DNA from: Folioceros fuciformis
Taxonomy: Eukaryota
Assembly: GCA_049999805.1 (NCBI GenBank)
Contig: JBNGIO010005405.1
Coordinates: forward strand, 62,001 to 100,955
Length of the DNA: 38,955 nt
Direction of reading: 5' to 3'
The first letter of the stretch is position 1, and the number at the start of each line of letters is the position of its first letter. Of the stretch, positions 22,273-33,276 are shown in pieces. The notes beneath the pieces were generated by a model. That model was not told the DNA's origin. It saw only the letters and a list, made by a program, of their open reading frames with translations, and did not search any database. The position numbers and the translations under genes were made by a program.

Positions 22273-24357
22273 ATGGAGGTTGATGAAGATGAGGGTGAGT
22301 CAGGAGCCAAGGTGGTGGTTGGCCTGGACTTCGGGACAAGTTTCTCTGGATTTGCATTCTGCCACAAGAGTGACCCCGACCGGATCAACACCTTCTACGA
22401 TTGGCCCGACCAGGTGAAGGGTGGCAGCAAGCCTTACTGCAAGACACAGACCAGCCTTCACTATGTCCTTGCACGGGGGACAGGACCCCATCGCAGCGAC
22501 GAGGATTACGTGTTGAGGAACTGGGGGTGGTCTGCACAGGTTGGGTATCTGGAAGCTCTTCAGGCTTGGTGTAAAAGGGATCAGAAGCAACGCGTTGAGG
22601 ATCTGCAGGAGGAGGTTGGCTATCTTGTCAAGAGGTTCAAAGTCCGTCTTGCAAGCCGGCTGTCAGAATCCCCGCTCCCAGCTGGGAGCCCGGACTTGCT
22701 CCTTGCTCCAGGCCCAGGAAGAGGGAGGCAGAGCAAACTGCTGTCCTCGGCACTCAACTTCACCAAGAGGATCTTCAGCAGCCAAGACCACGGCACCCCG
22801 GATACAGCCTGGGACAGCATCAAGGCGGAGGTGGAGTGCGAACGCAAGAAGCATGACGCACTGGCCCTCTCCGTCCTGGACGGCCTCCCTTCTGGCATGA
22901 GCGTGGAGAGGGCCATCTCGGACTACCTTGCAAAGATGACGGACTTCATCATGGCACATCTCCAACACACATACGGCAAGCACCTCACCAAGAGACAGGT
23001 CCAATGGTGCCTCACAGTTCCTGCTATCTGGGACGACCGAGCCAAGCAGCACATGCGGAGCTGCGCAGAGAAGGCAGGCATGGTGACAGGAATGTTCTGC
23101 CCTGAACAAGCAGCAAATTTAGCCAGCCCGCATCCCCTGCAGATCGTCCTGGAATCCGAGGCTGCCTCCGTCTACTGCCTTACCAAGTCCAAGCTCCTGG
23201 GCCTGGGCAAGGGATCCCACTTCCTGGTAGCCGACGTCGGAGGCGGCACAGTGGACATCGTCGTTCACACCATGTCCAGCTCCACCCACGGCACGAAAGC
23301 TCTCAGTATGCAGGAAGCCAAGCAGAGCACAGGCGGCCTCTGTGGAGGTTCCTATGTCGATCATAACTTCCTCTCCTTCCTGTCTCACAGAATCGGAGGC
23401 TTCGACTCCTTCGTCCGAGCCAACCCTACCTTTACGCCGATCCTTCACCGACGATGGGAGGAGATCAAATGCAGCTTCGACGGCTCTTTCAGCTGGGACC
23501 AGAGCCTGGATTTCGAGCTTCCCCGCAAGCTGGCCACAGCATGGAAGCGCCATGACGTAGAAAACGGAAAGTTCTTGGCCAGCAATAACTACGACGAGCT
23601 CGCCATCTCCGCTTCTCAGATGAAGGACATCTTCGATCCAGTGATCGACCAGATCCTGGACCTGATCCGGGCACAGATGTCGGCCGAGATCAAGGTGCTG
23701 ATGATCGTGGGAGGATTCTCGGCCTCACCATACCTGAACCGGAGATTGCGAGGCGCGTTCGGGATGCAGGTCGAGGAGATAATCTGTCCCCCGGACCCGG
23801 GCAGCGCCATCTGCCAGGGAGCTGTGGCACTCGGGGCTTCCCCTTGCAGCATCGTCACCTCCAGGATTGCCAGGAGGACGTACGGAATCGCGACATTCAG
23901 AGACCCGTGCAGCATGGACCCGCCGGGATCGCAGGTGCTGCGGAACGGGAAGCTGCGATGCCGAGATGGTTTCCACATCTTCGTGAGGAAGGGAGACCGG
24001 ATAGGCATCGACCAGTGCGTGAAGCATCGATACTGCCCCGCCGTGGACGATCAGCAAGGCATCCGCTTCGAGCTCTTCAGCTCGCCGTCACCGGCACCAG
24101 TGTATGTCACTGAGCGAGGAGTGCAGCTGGAAGGATCTTTCTTGTTTGACATCAGTGGAGACGCATCCAACCTCGGCCGCCTCCGTAGCGTCTGCATCTC
24201 CATGTTCTTCGGCCGCTCCTGCATAGAAGTCCGGGCGCAGCGGCAGAATTTTGGAGACGTCAATGAGGTGGTGAAGCTGGAGCCCCTGGGAGGATTGGCT
24301 GATCCGTTTGCGTTCAAGAACGGGGAGCTTCAGATGCTTGTCCCCATGTCACCGTAG
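22273..24357 (+). CDS. Atypical Hsp70-superfamily ATPase, HSPA12-like; intronless
   Basis: 694-aa single-exon ORF with VVVGLDFGTSFSGFAF, DWP...YCKTQTSLHY, WCLTVPAIWDDRAKQHMR, LESEAASVYC, ADVGGGTVD, CGGSYVD, IVGGFSASPYL and SRIARRTYG. This motif set matches the HSPA12-like nucleotide-binding domain rather than DnaK (no GIDLGT/TVPAYF, no EEVD). Confidence 0.85.
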   Translation: MEVDEDEGESGAKVVVGLDFGTSFSGFAFCHKSDPDRINTFYDWPDQVKGGSKPYCKTQTSLHYVLARGTGPHRSDEDYVLRNWGWSAQVGYLEALQAWCKRDQKQRVEDLQEEVGYLVKRFKVRLASRLSESPLPAGSPDLLLAPGPGRGRQSKLLSSALNFTKRIFSSQDHGTPDTAWDSIKAEVECERKKHDALALSVLDGLPSGMSVERAISDYLAKMTDFIMAHLQHTYGKHLTKRQVQWCLTVPAIWDDRAKQHMRSCAEKAGMVTGMFCPEQAANLASPHPLQIVLESEAASVYCLTKSKLLGLGKGSHFLVADVGGGTVDIVVHTMSSSTHGTKALSMQEAKQSTGGLCGGSYVDHNFLSFLSHRIGGFDSFVRANPTFTPILHRRWEEIKCSFDGSFSWDQSLDFELPRKLATAWKRHDVENGKFLASNNYDELAISASQMKDIFDPVIDQILDLIRAQMSAEIKVLMIVGGFSASPYLNRRLRGAFGMQVEEIICPPDPGSAICQGAVALGASPCSIVTSRIARRTYGIATFRDPCSMDPPGSQVLRNGKLRCRDGFHIFVRKGDRIGIDQCVKHRYCPAVDDQQGIRFELFSSPSPAPVYVTERGVQLEGSFLFDISGDASNLGRLRSVCISMFFGRSCIEVRAQRQNFGDVNEVVKLEPLGGLADPFAFKNGELQMLVPMSP

Positions 24358-24559
24358 CACATTGAAGGGGAACAAGACGCACTCACATTCCAAGAAAGAA
24401 CGGGGAGGACGCTGCATATATTCATGTCGGGTGTCACATGGCAGGTAAGAGTGGAAAATATGGGAGTACCGTTCCAAGAACGTGGAGGGAACTGGAACGC
24501 AGAAGCAAGACGAGCTGGAACCGGGCCATCCGACGTCCTTGCGGCTCGTCTCCCCAGAA

Positions 24560-25020
24560 TGAATGGTGTCGGATTGGCCTGTGGTACTGCTACATTGGAG
24601 AGCCCCGAGCGAATCTGAACGCCCTACCGCAGAAAGCTCGTGCAGGAGGGCGTCTACGGGGCCGTGGTCTCCCAAGGAGAGGGAGCTGCGGGCGAACTCC
24701 CTTGAGCTGAAGGAGATGATAAACATCTCGTGCACGCCGTCGGCATCGGGACTCGTAGATGTGGATGCGGTCTAGCCCGATGAGGAGGCTTCCCGGCTCG
24801 GCGCTTGCTGTCACGAAGTAGTAACAAAGATTTTGCCCTGTTGGACTCCAGAACGCTTCCTCTCACAGAGGACGGCCCGGAAAACTGTGGTGCACGAGCG
24901 GTCGTGAAAATCCTGCATGACGTGGATGGTTGTGATACGTAAGCTCGTTGATGAGCTCCACCTCTACATCTGCAGTCTCCAGTGCCTCGGATAATTCCAG
25001 GGGTATGCACACAGTTTGCA
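24560..25020 (-). pseudogene. Possible disrupted coding remnant of unknown family
   Basis: Protein-like, GC3-rich reading ELSEALETADVEVELINELTYHNHP...RPL*EEAFWSPTGQNLCYYFVTASAEPGSLLIGLDRIHIYES with an in-frame TGA at 24863-24865. An apparent frameshift near 24750 continues as DGVHEMFIISFSSREFARSSLSLGDHGPVDALLHELSAV. No family recognised. Confidence 0.3.
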
Positions 25021-25315
25021 GGCAAGCCGCCCACACTTGCCTCCTGCCATGCCCGAAATTTTGAATTGTAGCTGGAGAGGGGCCCGTTCGTGCGCAGGTC
25101 TGGTAGTGGTGCAAAATCTGTGTTCTCCATGGGCTGTATCCATTGCAAGGGAAATCTCGAATCCGGACACTGCAATGCCCTTCCTGACAATACGACGGTA
25201 AGAGGAGTACAGTACAGTCTGGACATACGTTGCCGTGTGCCTGTTCACGAATCTGGGAGAGATGCCTGTATTCGGCCTCCTGGAAATGTACAAGAGATTA
25301 TGACATAGGTGGCTT

Positions 25316-28300
25316 TCAGCTGGACTCAGCTTTCCTGACCTGAGTAGCCTGTTGAGCTTGCCTTTCTCTCAGTTGCCTCTCCCATTCCTGAGCCTCGTAG
25401 TCTTGCTCACTGAAGTCTTTCTCGGTCGAATACACGATCCTTTCCTTGTTTATTACAGTCCGATTCGCAGACTCACGAGCACTCTTGATCTGGCAAAGGA
25501 AGATATCAAACACAGATTCTTCAAAACCACAATGAAGGAAAGACGACAACAAAATGGAGTCATCCAATACCTTCTTAAGCAAAGCAGGATCGGCGCGGTC
25601 CAATGTTATAGCCCGTTCCATGCGAGCACGGTTTCGTTCCTCGATCTGCAGATTCTTTTGCTGTAGAACAACCCATCGGAAGGCTGGAATGGCAAAGAAT
25701 GCGGCTGTGTACACCTGTTGAAATGCATAGCCATTGGTCATTCGAAAAGGACTTCAACCCGAGTGCTGCATTCATACCTCAATGTCAAATTTCCCACCTG
25801 AAGAAGTGGTAGGATTTTTGATACGAATGGGATGAAGCCGCTGGCTCCACCTAAATGGCCCATGAGCGTATAGTCTCTGCCAGAAACACATCCACAGACA
25901 GCCAGCTCAGTGCAATGTCCTCCTCACCAGAAGGGAAAGCACCCTTCACCCGCAAAAGCAATTGAGCTTCGAATCACAGCTGAGCAGCGCCGCTGATTTA
26001 GACACCTGGTAGTTACTCACTTCAGCATACTGCTCAGAATAATGACTCCAAGCATATTCACTCCGCCAAGACCAATAACCATTGCTCTTTCCATTGCGTT
26101 AGCCTTGCTGAAAAACATTGGCAGCCAGAGGACACCTTCAGGAGAAGAAAAAGCAGCACTCGCGCTGGTAGATTCTTCTTCAGAACATATGTGAAGTTCA
26201 GAAACGTCACACATTCAGAGTAATAAACAGGACAAGTTCCACAGACCCTTCAAAACTTCAGACATACCTAAAGTTCAAACGCTTCTCTGCAAAATATCCG
26301 ACTATCTTTTGCTGCGCTCTTCGACCCAGCCAATCTACACCTGAGCGTTGCAACGATGGGAAGCGATAAAGAATGTTCCCCTGCAACAGAGGATAATATT
26401 CCTCAGCAAACTGGCACAAGCAGCTGGCTGATATATACGAACTGCCAGGACTTGTCGTTTCAGGGAACGGTTTTCACCTTGTCATCCACTTCTGGTTGCC
26501 CATCAAATCGCAAGAGGACAGGCAGCACATAGGATTCATCACTCTGCAAAATCAAGAACCCAGGTGAGATCCATCTGGCACGCACAATTGAAGAGCAGCA
26601 TGGTATTGCCTGTGCGGACAGAAGTAGATAAAGGACGTCTACTACTTCTGCCAAAAACAGCATACTTCATTATCGTTGCGTAGTGGGGGAACATTCAGAA
26701 ACGGAGCCAACTCCTCGGCAGTAACTACACCGCCCTTGGTGGTAATAAGATCTCCAATCTGCAGAGCCTCATATCGGATATTCGTTAAAAAATCAATCTT
26801 AACAACAGGCCTTGATTTCATGGGTGAATCCAGCATTCCCCCCCGGAGGAGGGTGTTGACAGACACATCCGTAGTTGATCAGAACAGCACAGGATAGGAC
26901 TTCCACTAAAGGAACCCAAACTAGGAGACTCTTCGCATGAACTTACAGCTCTCCACCGCTGATCTTCTAATCCTTCATTTGGATCCTCATCCCCAAAAAC
27001 AAAAGAAAACACCTGCATCAAGTTCCAAGAAACTCATAAGATTTTCCTCGACACTAACTCTGAAAAGAACTGGAGAGAGAAACGACAGCTCACTTACAGA
27101 TTCAAAGAAGTTAAAACCACCATTTGTCCTCGTTCTCCTCCGTCTGTAGTAATATGGGTCCCAATACCTGCACTGAGCATGTCAGGCTTCCAGAGCAAGC
27201 TAAGTCGACACTGGGTCATAATCTGCCAAGCATACAGCCAATAAGAATAGCAAATGGGCACTACATACCAGAACAAATCTGCAGGGCTGATAAACATTGT
27301 GAACCCAGGACCAGAGGATCTCTGGGCCCCATATCCCCGGTTGCTTCTGCTGTCCTCATCACTGCCAGATGCAAAATTTAAACAGGTCACCACTGCGAGC
27401 GCAACAACTAGCCTTTCAGAAATTCAAATTCAAGTCTTGTCAGTTCTATCCTTGAGACGAGGCTCGACTAGCCCTGGGAAGAAGCAATTGTTAACATCCA
27501 TTGCCTTTCAGCAGGACTTTAATCATACCTCCGGGCGGAAGAGATGAGAACTACAATAGCGCTGTACACGAGCACAATGGAAGCCAAAAGAGTTGTTCCA
27601 AATGTCACACGCACCAAATATGATCCTACTTCCTGGAGAATCAGACGGCATTTGGCAAATACGTCTGAGAGCAGTGCCAGAGCACGCAGTGATTCAATTT
27701 GAAACCAGCTCCGTCAATCCACGCTAGATACCTGAACTTTCTGGAATGTGGGCTCCAATCTTATTTTCAGAGACTTGGCAGTGAGATTGGACCGATATTC
27801 CCTTGGAAAGCAATAAAGAACATCACCTTCATCTGAGACCTGAGGAATGGAGACAAAACACATGGTTACCATCCTCATTACTCCCTCATGGACCACAGAC
27901 TGCGTAGAAGAGCCCATCTCATCCAGCAGACCCAGAAAAAGAGGTTCCACCCTACCATACCTCCAAAAACCCGCCAGAATCTGCAGCAAGTGCCTGCAAG
28001 GCACTTTGAGCTTGTGTGACTTTCAGACCAGTCCTCGCAGCCACATCCCCCACAGTGACTCGTCTTCCAAGGTCATCAATGGCTTGCATACAGCTGTCTC
28101 GCAACGAAGGGGGCAGCGAATCTGTCTCGATCCTATTTACAAGATTTAGGCCCGACGTCAGGCCTCCATTGCTATCGGCTCTACATTTGAAAGCAAGCCT
28201 CCTCCTGTCTCCGGGCTCCGGGGTCCTGTGCAGAATCAACCGCCCCAAGAATCCGTTTTGTAGAGATCTGCCTTGACTCGTGAAAGAGAGCCTTATTCCA

Positions 28301-28497
28301 CTGCGGGCACCGCGGCTTCTCCGCCCGAACCTCCCTACTGAAATGACCTTTGCAGGCAACGCGCACAACCCATGAGAAACCTGCAAACCCTGGATCACTT
28401 GAGACCTGATCAGGCATGAGCTGCAAGACCCGCTTGACCAACCAACAAGTGGTGCAGGTCTAAGCCCCTGCCAGCCCGGGCATCCCGAAATCTGCAT
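25316..28497 (-). CDS. Conserved chloroplast membrane protein, At5g03900-like
   Basis: 13 exons, all GT-AG and in frame: 28497-27961, 27839-27732, 27632-27529, 27361-27269, 27167-27098, 27012-26947, 26758-26666, 26543-26478, 26380-26268, 26107-26021, 25876-25798, 25714-25571, 25489-25316. Motifs RRVTVGDVAA...ALAADSGGFLEVSDEGDVLYCFP, YLVRVTFGTTLLASIVLVYSAI, NFFESVFSFVFGDEDPN, GGVVTAEELAPFL, VLLRFDGQPEVDDKGNILYRFPSLQ. Ser/Arg-rich transit peptide. Confidence 0.88.
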
Positions 28498-28834
28498 CCT
28501 GCTGTTCCTCTACTCTGCTGTCCTATTTAAGGTAGCTGCCAGGAAATGGAGCAGCAGCTGGCCATGGGCGGATTAGCATACATGAGCGTGTCCACTCGAA
28601 ACCTTGCGCACTTCAGATCGATGGGCAGAAGATCGTGGTTGTGCATCGATCGTGCCACCTTTCCCTCCTCGCCGTTCCACATTGCATACATATGGACGAG
28701 GCTTTTAATTCCCGTGTTAATACCGGCTTAGTCTGACTTCTGGGCTGTCACTTATTTCCCATCCCCATTGCCACACAACTGCCCTCTCCTGTCTGCGGAT
28801 CAATTCCCGCTCCGCGGATTTGGTGGGTTTCAGA

Positions 28835-31261
28835 ATGGGGAGGGCGAACGCCAGTAGATTGGTGGCCAGGGCTGCTGCTGCTGCAGTACGAAGGTCGCTG
28901 GTGTCTCACTGTGCCCCAGCTACTTCATCCGGACCTGTACAGGGCCACAAGGCATGGGAGCATCAAATTCGGCAGGTGAGCATCTATGTCTGCCGCAATG
29001 AGCTGGTGGCTGCAAATCGTTGGTGGGCACGAAGGCTGGGATTAGGTTTCACGACAGCTTGGTGCTTTGTGGTGATGCTGCATCTGCACAGTGGGGAAGC
29101 TCAGCTGCAGTGGCATCAGTGGATGAGCTGGAAGAGGAGATCGTTTTCCCAAGGTGTGGACTTGGCTGCTCTTGATTTGTTGATCCTTTTGCATGATCTG
29201 TTAAGCGCTTGGTGGATAGGGTCTTCACTGCTTTCCTTCACTATCTCGGCAGGGAGGGTCCAGGGGTAAGCTACGCACTGAATTGGGCTCTCGCAGCAGC
29301 TGGAGTGCCACCTTCTGGGGAGGCTTATCGCAATCTCAAAGATGCAGAGTTGAAGAAACATGGGGCTGCTGTACCAGGTCTTGGTTTCCGTTCCGGTTCT
29401 GTTTATCTGTGACAATGCTTGCAGTCGTTTCAACTGAAGTGCGTGCTATTTCAGCGCTGATTTCTGCATCAGAGCAGGACATGTTTGGCTGTGGGCGCTT
29501 ATCAGTCGGCCAATGTGGTGGGTGCAGAAGAGAAATCTGGCGCTGGCATGTTTGTAGCAGGAAATAGAGCTGCAGGTGCTGTTGAGATTACCAAAGGACA
29601 GTTCAGCAGATTGTACAAAGAGGTGAGAGCTCTTGTAATTATAATGTATCTGTGCTGAAACTTCCAAGGCTGAAGAATCTGCGCTGTTGGGCAGGTAACA
29701 GCTCATTTGGGGTCCGCCTCAAAGCTGTATGTGCATGATGGAGCTGTGGGATCGTCTTCAACATCAGATGCAAAAATACGCACAATAGCCGATGACCCCT
29801 CTGTTTCTCTGTATCTCCGAAGCATTCTACTGCCAACGCCTACTCGGGTGGTGTCTTTTGAAGCTTTCCCTATCACTGTCCTCGTGGCATCCCGTTATCG
29901 GTTTGCATCTCCTTCCGTCAACTTGCAAGAATGGCGTTTGCTTCGTTCGTTTTTGAGGGTTCGACGCGTTGTCATTTCAGGATTCTGTAGTCTGTCCAGG
30001 AAGAATTCTCTAAAGTCTGAGCGTGGCATAGTTTCTGATGAGCTTTCCCTTGCCTATCGACAGTTCACAATCTCTGGGACAACTTGGGCTACCAGAGAAG
30101 GCAGAGTTCGTTGCTGCAGACTTTGAGACCTCGACTGCCCTCTTGGTTGGGTCGGCTTACACTGACTCACGAGCCGTGAAGGCAGTGCTCTCGGCTTTGG
30201 CTGGCCCAACAATTCTGGAACGGGAAGCTGTGCCGCTAGCAGCTCGGTGAGTTAGTCGCTTGCAAGGTTTTGGTGCTCGATACGCAGCATGTGGACTGTT
30301 TTACATTCCAACTTCAGTTGCTTCTTCTTCATGATATGGACAGGCTACTTGTTCAGGGGGACTGCACCATCCTGCTCTTTGCACCCGAGGATATAGTGCA
30401 GAGCAGCCCATCACTGCTGAAGGCTGCTGTATCAAAGGATTTAGGAGTGGCATGGAGCTCTGATGGACTGGCACGATTGTTTGAGCCCTCGTCTGAACGC
30501 CCAAATGTATATAAGAATCCAGCCTCGGTCGTTATTCTGACTGCAGACAGGTAAGCATCGTTCGGGCATGCTCTTGAATCTAATTCTGGCCGTAAGTCAA
30601 TCTGCGGGGACACTTTTTGATCAATCGTGCAGCTCTGGGGCAGTGCCTAGTGTGACCAAGGTTCAGCCATCCCAGGCTGTGTATCACTTCCTCGCTGGGT
30701 ACAACGGAAACTCATTCAGTCCTGCCTATCAAGTAGGACCAACGTCGGTAGATGCTGTGACTCTAGCTGAGAAGTTCCTGTCTCAGGTACACCATGGATA
30801 TGTGCATTCAGATCCCACCTACTCTAGATGACAACAACCATTCCGACACACCTTGCTGTGGTTGTGTGCTTGTCAGTTGGTGAGCTCAGGAGCCTCTCCT
30901 TTTCTTGTCAACGCATATGAAGGTGACAAGGCCTTACCAGGTAAACCCCGACCTTGTGACAGGGCTTTATGAACTTAGTCATCAGAGGCTCAGGTGACTT
31001 CTCGTGTGCAGACGCAGAGCTGTTCAAGTTGGTCACATCCACAGCTTTAGAGAAGCTTCCCAAGAATACGGGAAAGAAGCCATCAGAAGCCGCGGGTAAA
31101 ATCCTTCCATCGCAAATTTTGTTGGTGGCCCTTCCTATAAGGAGCTGCCTCACTAAAAGCTAGGTTGCTTTCTCTGGCATGCAGTTGAAGCCCTGAAGAA
31201 AAAGTACACGAATTTCGTGTCCACCACTTTCCCTAATCTCCCAGAAGGAATAGCTCTTTGA
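28835..31261 (+). CDS. PEP carboxykinase (ATP)-fold protein, probably non-catalytic and organelle-targeted
   Basis: 11 exons: 28835-28975, 29092-29153, 29253-29377, 29528-29622, 29695-29900, 30064-30246, 30344-30550, 30633-30786, 30877-30940, 31012-31095, 31185-31261. PEPCK-like segments KLYVHDGAVGS, FVAADFE and VVILTADSSGAVPSVTKVQPSQAVYHFLAGY; plant-family N-terminal motif FPREGPGVSYALNWALA. Confidence 0.82.
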
Positions 31262-31332
31262 AGGGTGATCACTGGCATGTGCAAGGACGTTGTCGCCTGA
31301 GGAAAACAAGCAGCACCTCCAAACGTTAGTAC

Positions 31333-31643
31333 GGAACTGGGGAAACCCTAGCCAGTACCCAGGGCCAGTGGGCAAACTTTAGAAACCTCAGTGATCCGGA
31401 AGCGCACAACAAAGCCCCTGCTACCTCCTTTGGAATCGCTGTCGATTGCATTGATGGTCCTTTGACGATGAATGTGCGTACCTGCCAAGTCGAAGGTCTG
31501 ACAGGGTGCAACACCAAGGCTTTCAACATATTTGTGATTGGGTTGTCCAGTGCTGAGCAGCGAGGTCGACCAGCCACTCAAGATTTCGTACGTCGTCCTC
31601 ACAAGTTCCAAGCAAGCTCGTATGTGGGACGTGACTTCTCACC
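31333..31643. repeat. Copy 1 of a degenerate dispersed direct repeat of about 310-330 bp
   Basis: Shares blocks CCAGGGCCAG, GCTGTCGAT, CCTTTGACGATGA, TCCAGTGCTGAGCAGCGAG, CACTCAAGATTTC and GACTTCTCA in the same order with 32565-32895. Confidence 0.8.
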
Positions 31644-32564
31644 AGTGACAAGTCCTCTCCAAAAGATTCAATTGACGAGAACTCTGCAAATTGACTCCCG
31701 TCTGACGAAGGCCGGACTACGTTGTATTTCGGCAGCCAGGCTGCATTGTAGTTTGGCTGCAGAGCCCAGCTTTGAGTCGTCCTAATGTTTAGGGTGCTCA
31801 ATAAGCCCCCCCAATAACTTGAGGTGAGCACGACGAAGAAACATTGGAAGCCATGGCTTGCGTGCTCGGCTTAGCTGGGAATGTGTTTGTGTTGCCTGTG
31901 GCAGACAGTTATGCAGTGCAAGCTGAGGTTGGAGTGGTGCTAAAGATAACAGGAGACAAAATTATGGTGCTAGATCCCTCCAAGCTCCTTGCGACCACCG
32001 GCGACAATGCAGACAGCGCGCATTCTTGTATTGTATCCTGACGAACATTCGGCCGCTTTCCTAGTATTGCAACGCCGCCCCCTTTCCCACGACTGCTGCT
32101 GCTATCTTTATGAGAAGTCAGCTGGCTCATGCTCTGCGCAAGGTAGGTCGGAAAGCTTTTCAGACCGCAGGTTGGGAAAAGGAAGCAGGCCCGTCTCTTT
32201 ACTACTTGCACGAAGTCGCCACGCTCCATAAATTGGAGGAAGCAGTCTTGAGATCTGGGAAGGGAAGCCTGGTGCTTTCCTGAGGGTTTAGGAAAGCCGG
32301 TTCTTCAACACCTCGAGGTCTGACAATGTTGTTTACTACTCGCCGCTGCGAACTTCGTGCAATCGTTGATGGATGAATACCACAAACCAAGCTTGTTTCT
32401 CGAGAAGGCGCTGGAGCTGGTGGATAAATCCATCGTGGAATCGAGACCCGCCTCGTTACTTCTCCATCGAGCTTTGTTGTGGAGACGTGCACGAGCTCTG
32501 AGACGTGCAGACAAAGACGCACACGAATCGTGACGACTTTCATACATTTGGAATTATTTATTGT

Positions 32565-32895
32565 GGAATTGAGGAAGCCCTAACCAGTGTCCAGGGCCAG
32601 CGGATAGATTATAAAGCTCCGTCAGTGACCCGGGAGCGTCCAACGCAGCTCCACCTACCAGGAATTCTTTGCAAGCGCTGTCGATTCCTTCGATGGGCCT
32701 TTGACGATGACTTTGCATACCAACCAAGTTGACCGTCTGACAACGCAATGTGAAAGGCTATCAACACACTTGTGGTTGGGTTCTCCAGTGCTGAGCAGCG
32801 AGATGGACTGGTCACTCAAGATTTCATTGGGGCCAATGACTTCGGGGCTTCCCCGCAAGTTCCATACCAGTTCGCCAATGAAACGAGACTTCTCA
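32565..32895. repeat. Copy 2 of the degenerate dispersed direct repeat
   Basis: Collinear with 31333-31643 at an offset of about 1230-1250 bp. Confidence 0.8.
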
Positions 32896-33056
32896 GCTCT
32901 TCGTGCGTGCTTGAAACAATGCAGCTACGCTTCACATTGTAGACTTCCTATACCGACGAACCGGGGCAAAACACTCGTCAAGAATCGCATCTGTTTTTTA
33001 TATGGTGAAGTCTTGGGCCATCGACTTCTCTGTAAACAAATCCCTCCCACGGCGCG

Positions 33057-33063
33057 TATATAA
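33057..33063 (+). promoter_or_regulatory. Candidate TATA box of the EG45-like gene
   Basis: TATATAA in a GC-rich context about 220 nt upstream of the first in-frame ATG. Confidence 0.45.
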
Positions 33064-33276
33064 GGCTGCCTTGCATTCAGGTCTCCCATCTCCGTCTCCA
33101 TTGCCTGCAGGTGCAGCTGGAGCAGCAGCTTGCATTCAGTTCCCCGTCGCCTCTGCAGCTCCCTCTGCATCCATATAGCTGCCGGGACCTGCTACTCCGA
33201 TCAGGCACTGTAGTAGAGCTGCTGCCTAGGCCATCGTCCAAGGACGTCTATCGAGCTGTGAGTCACTCGCTCCCGT

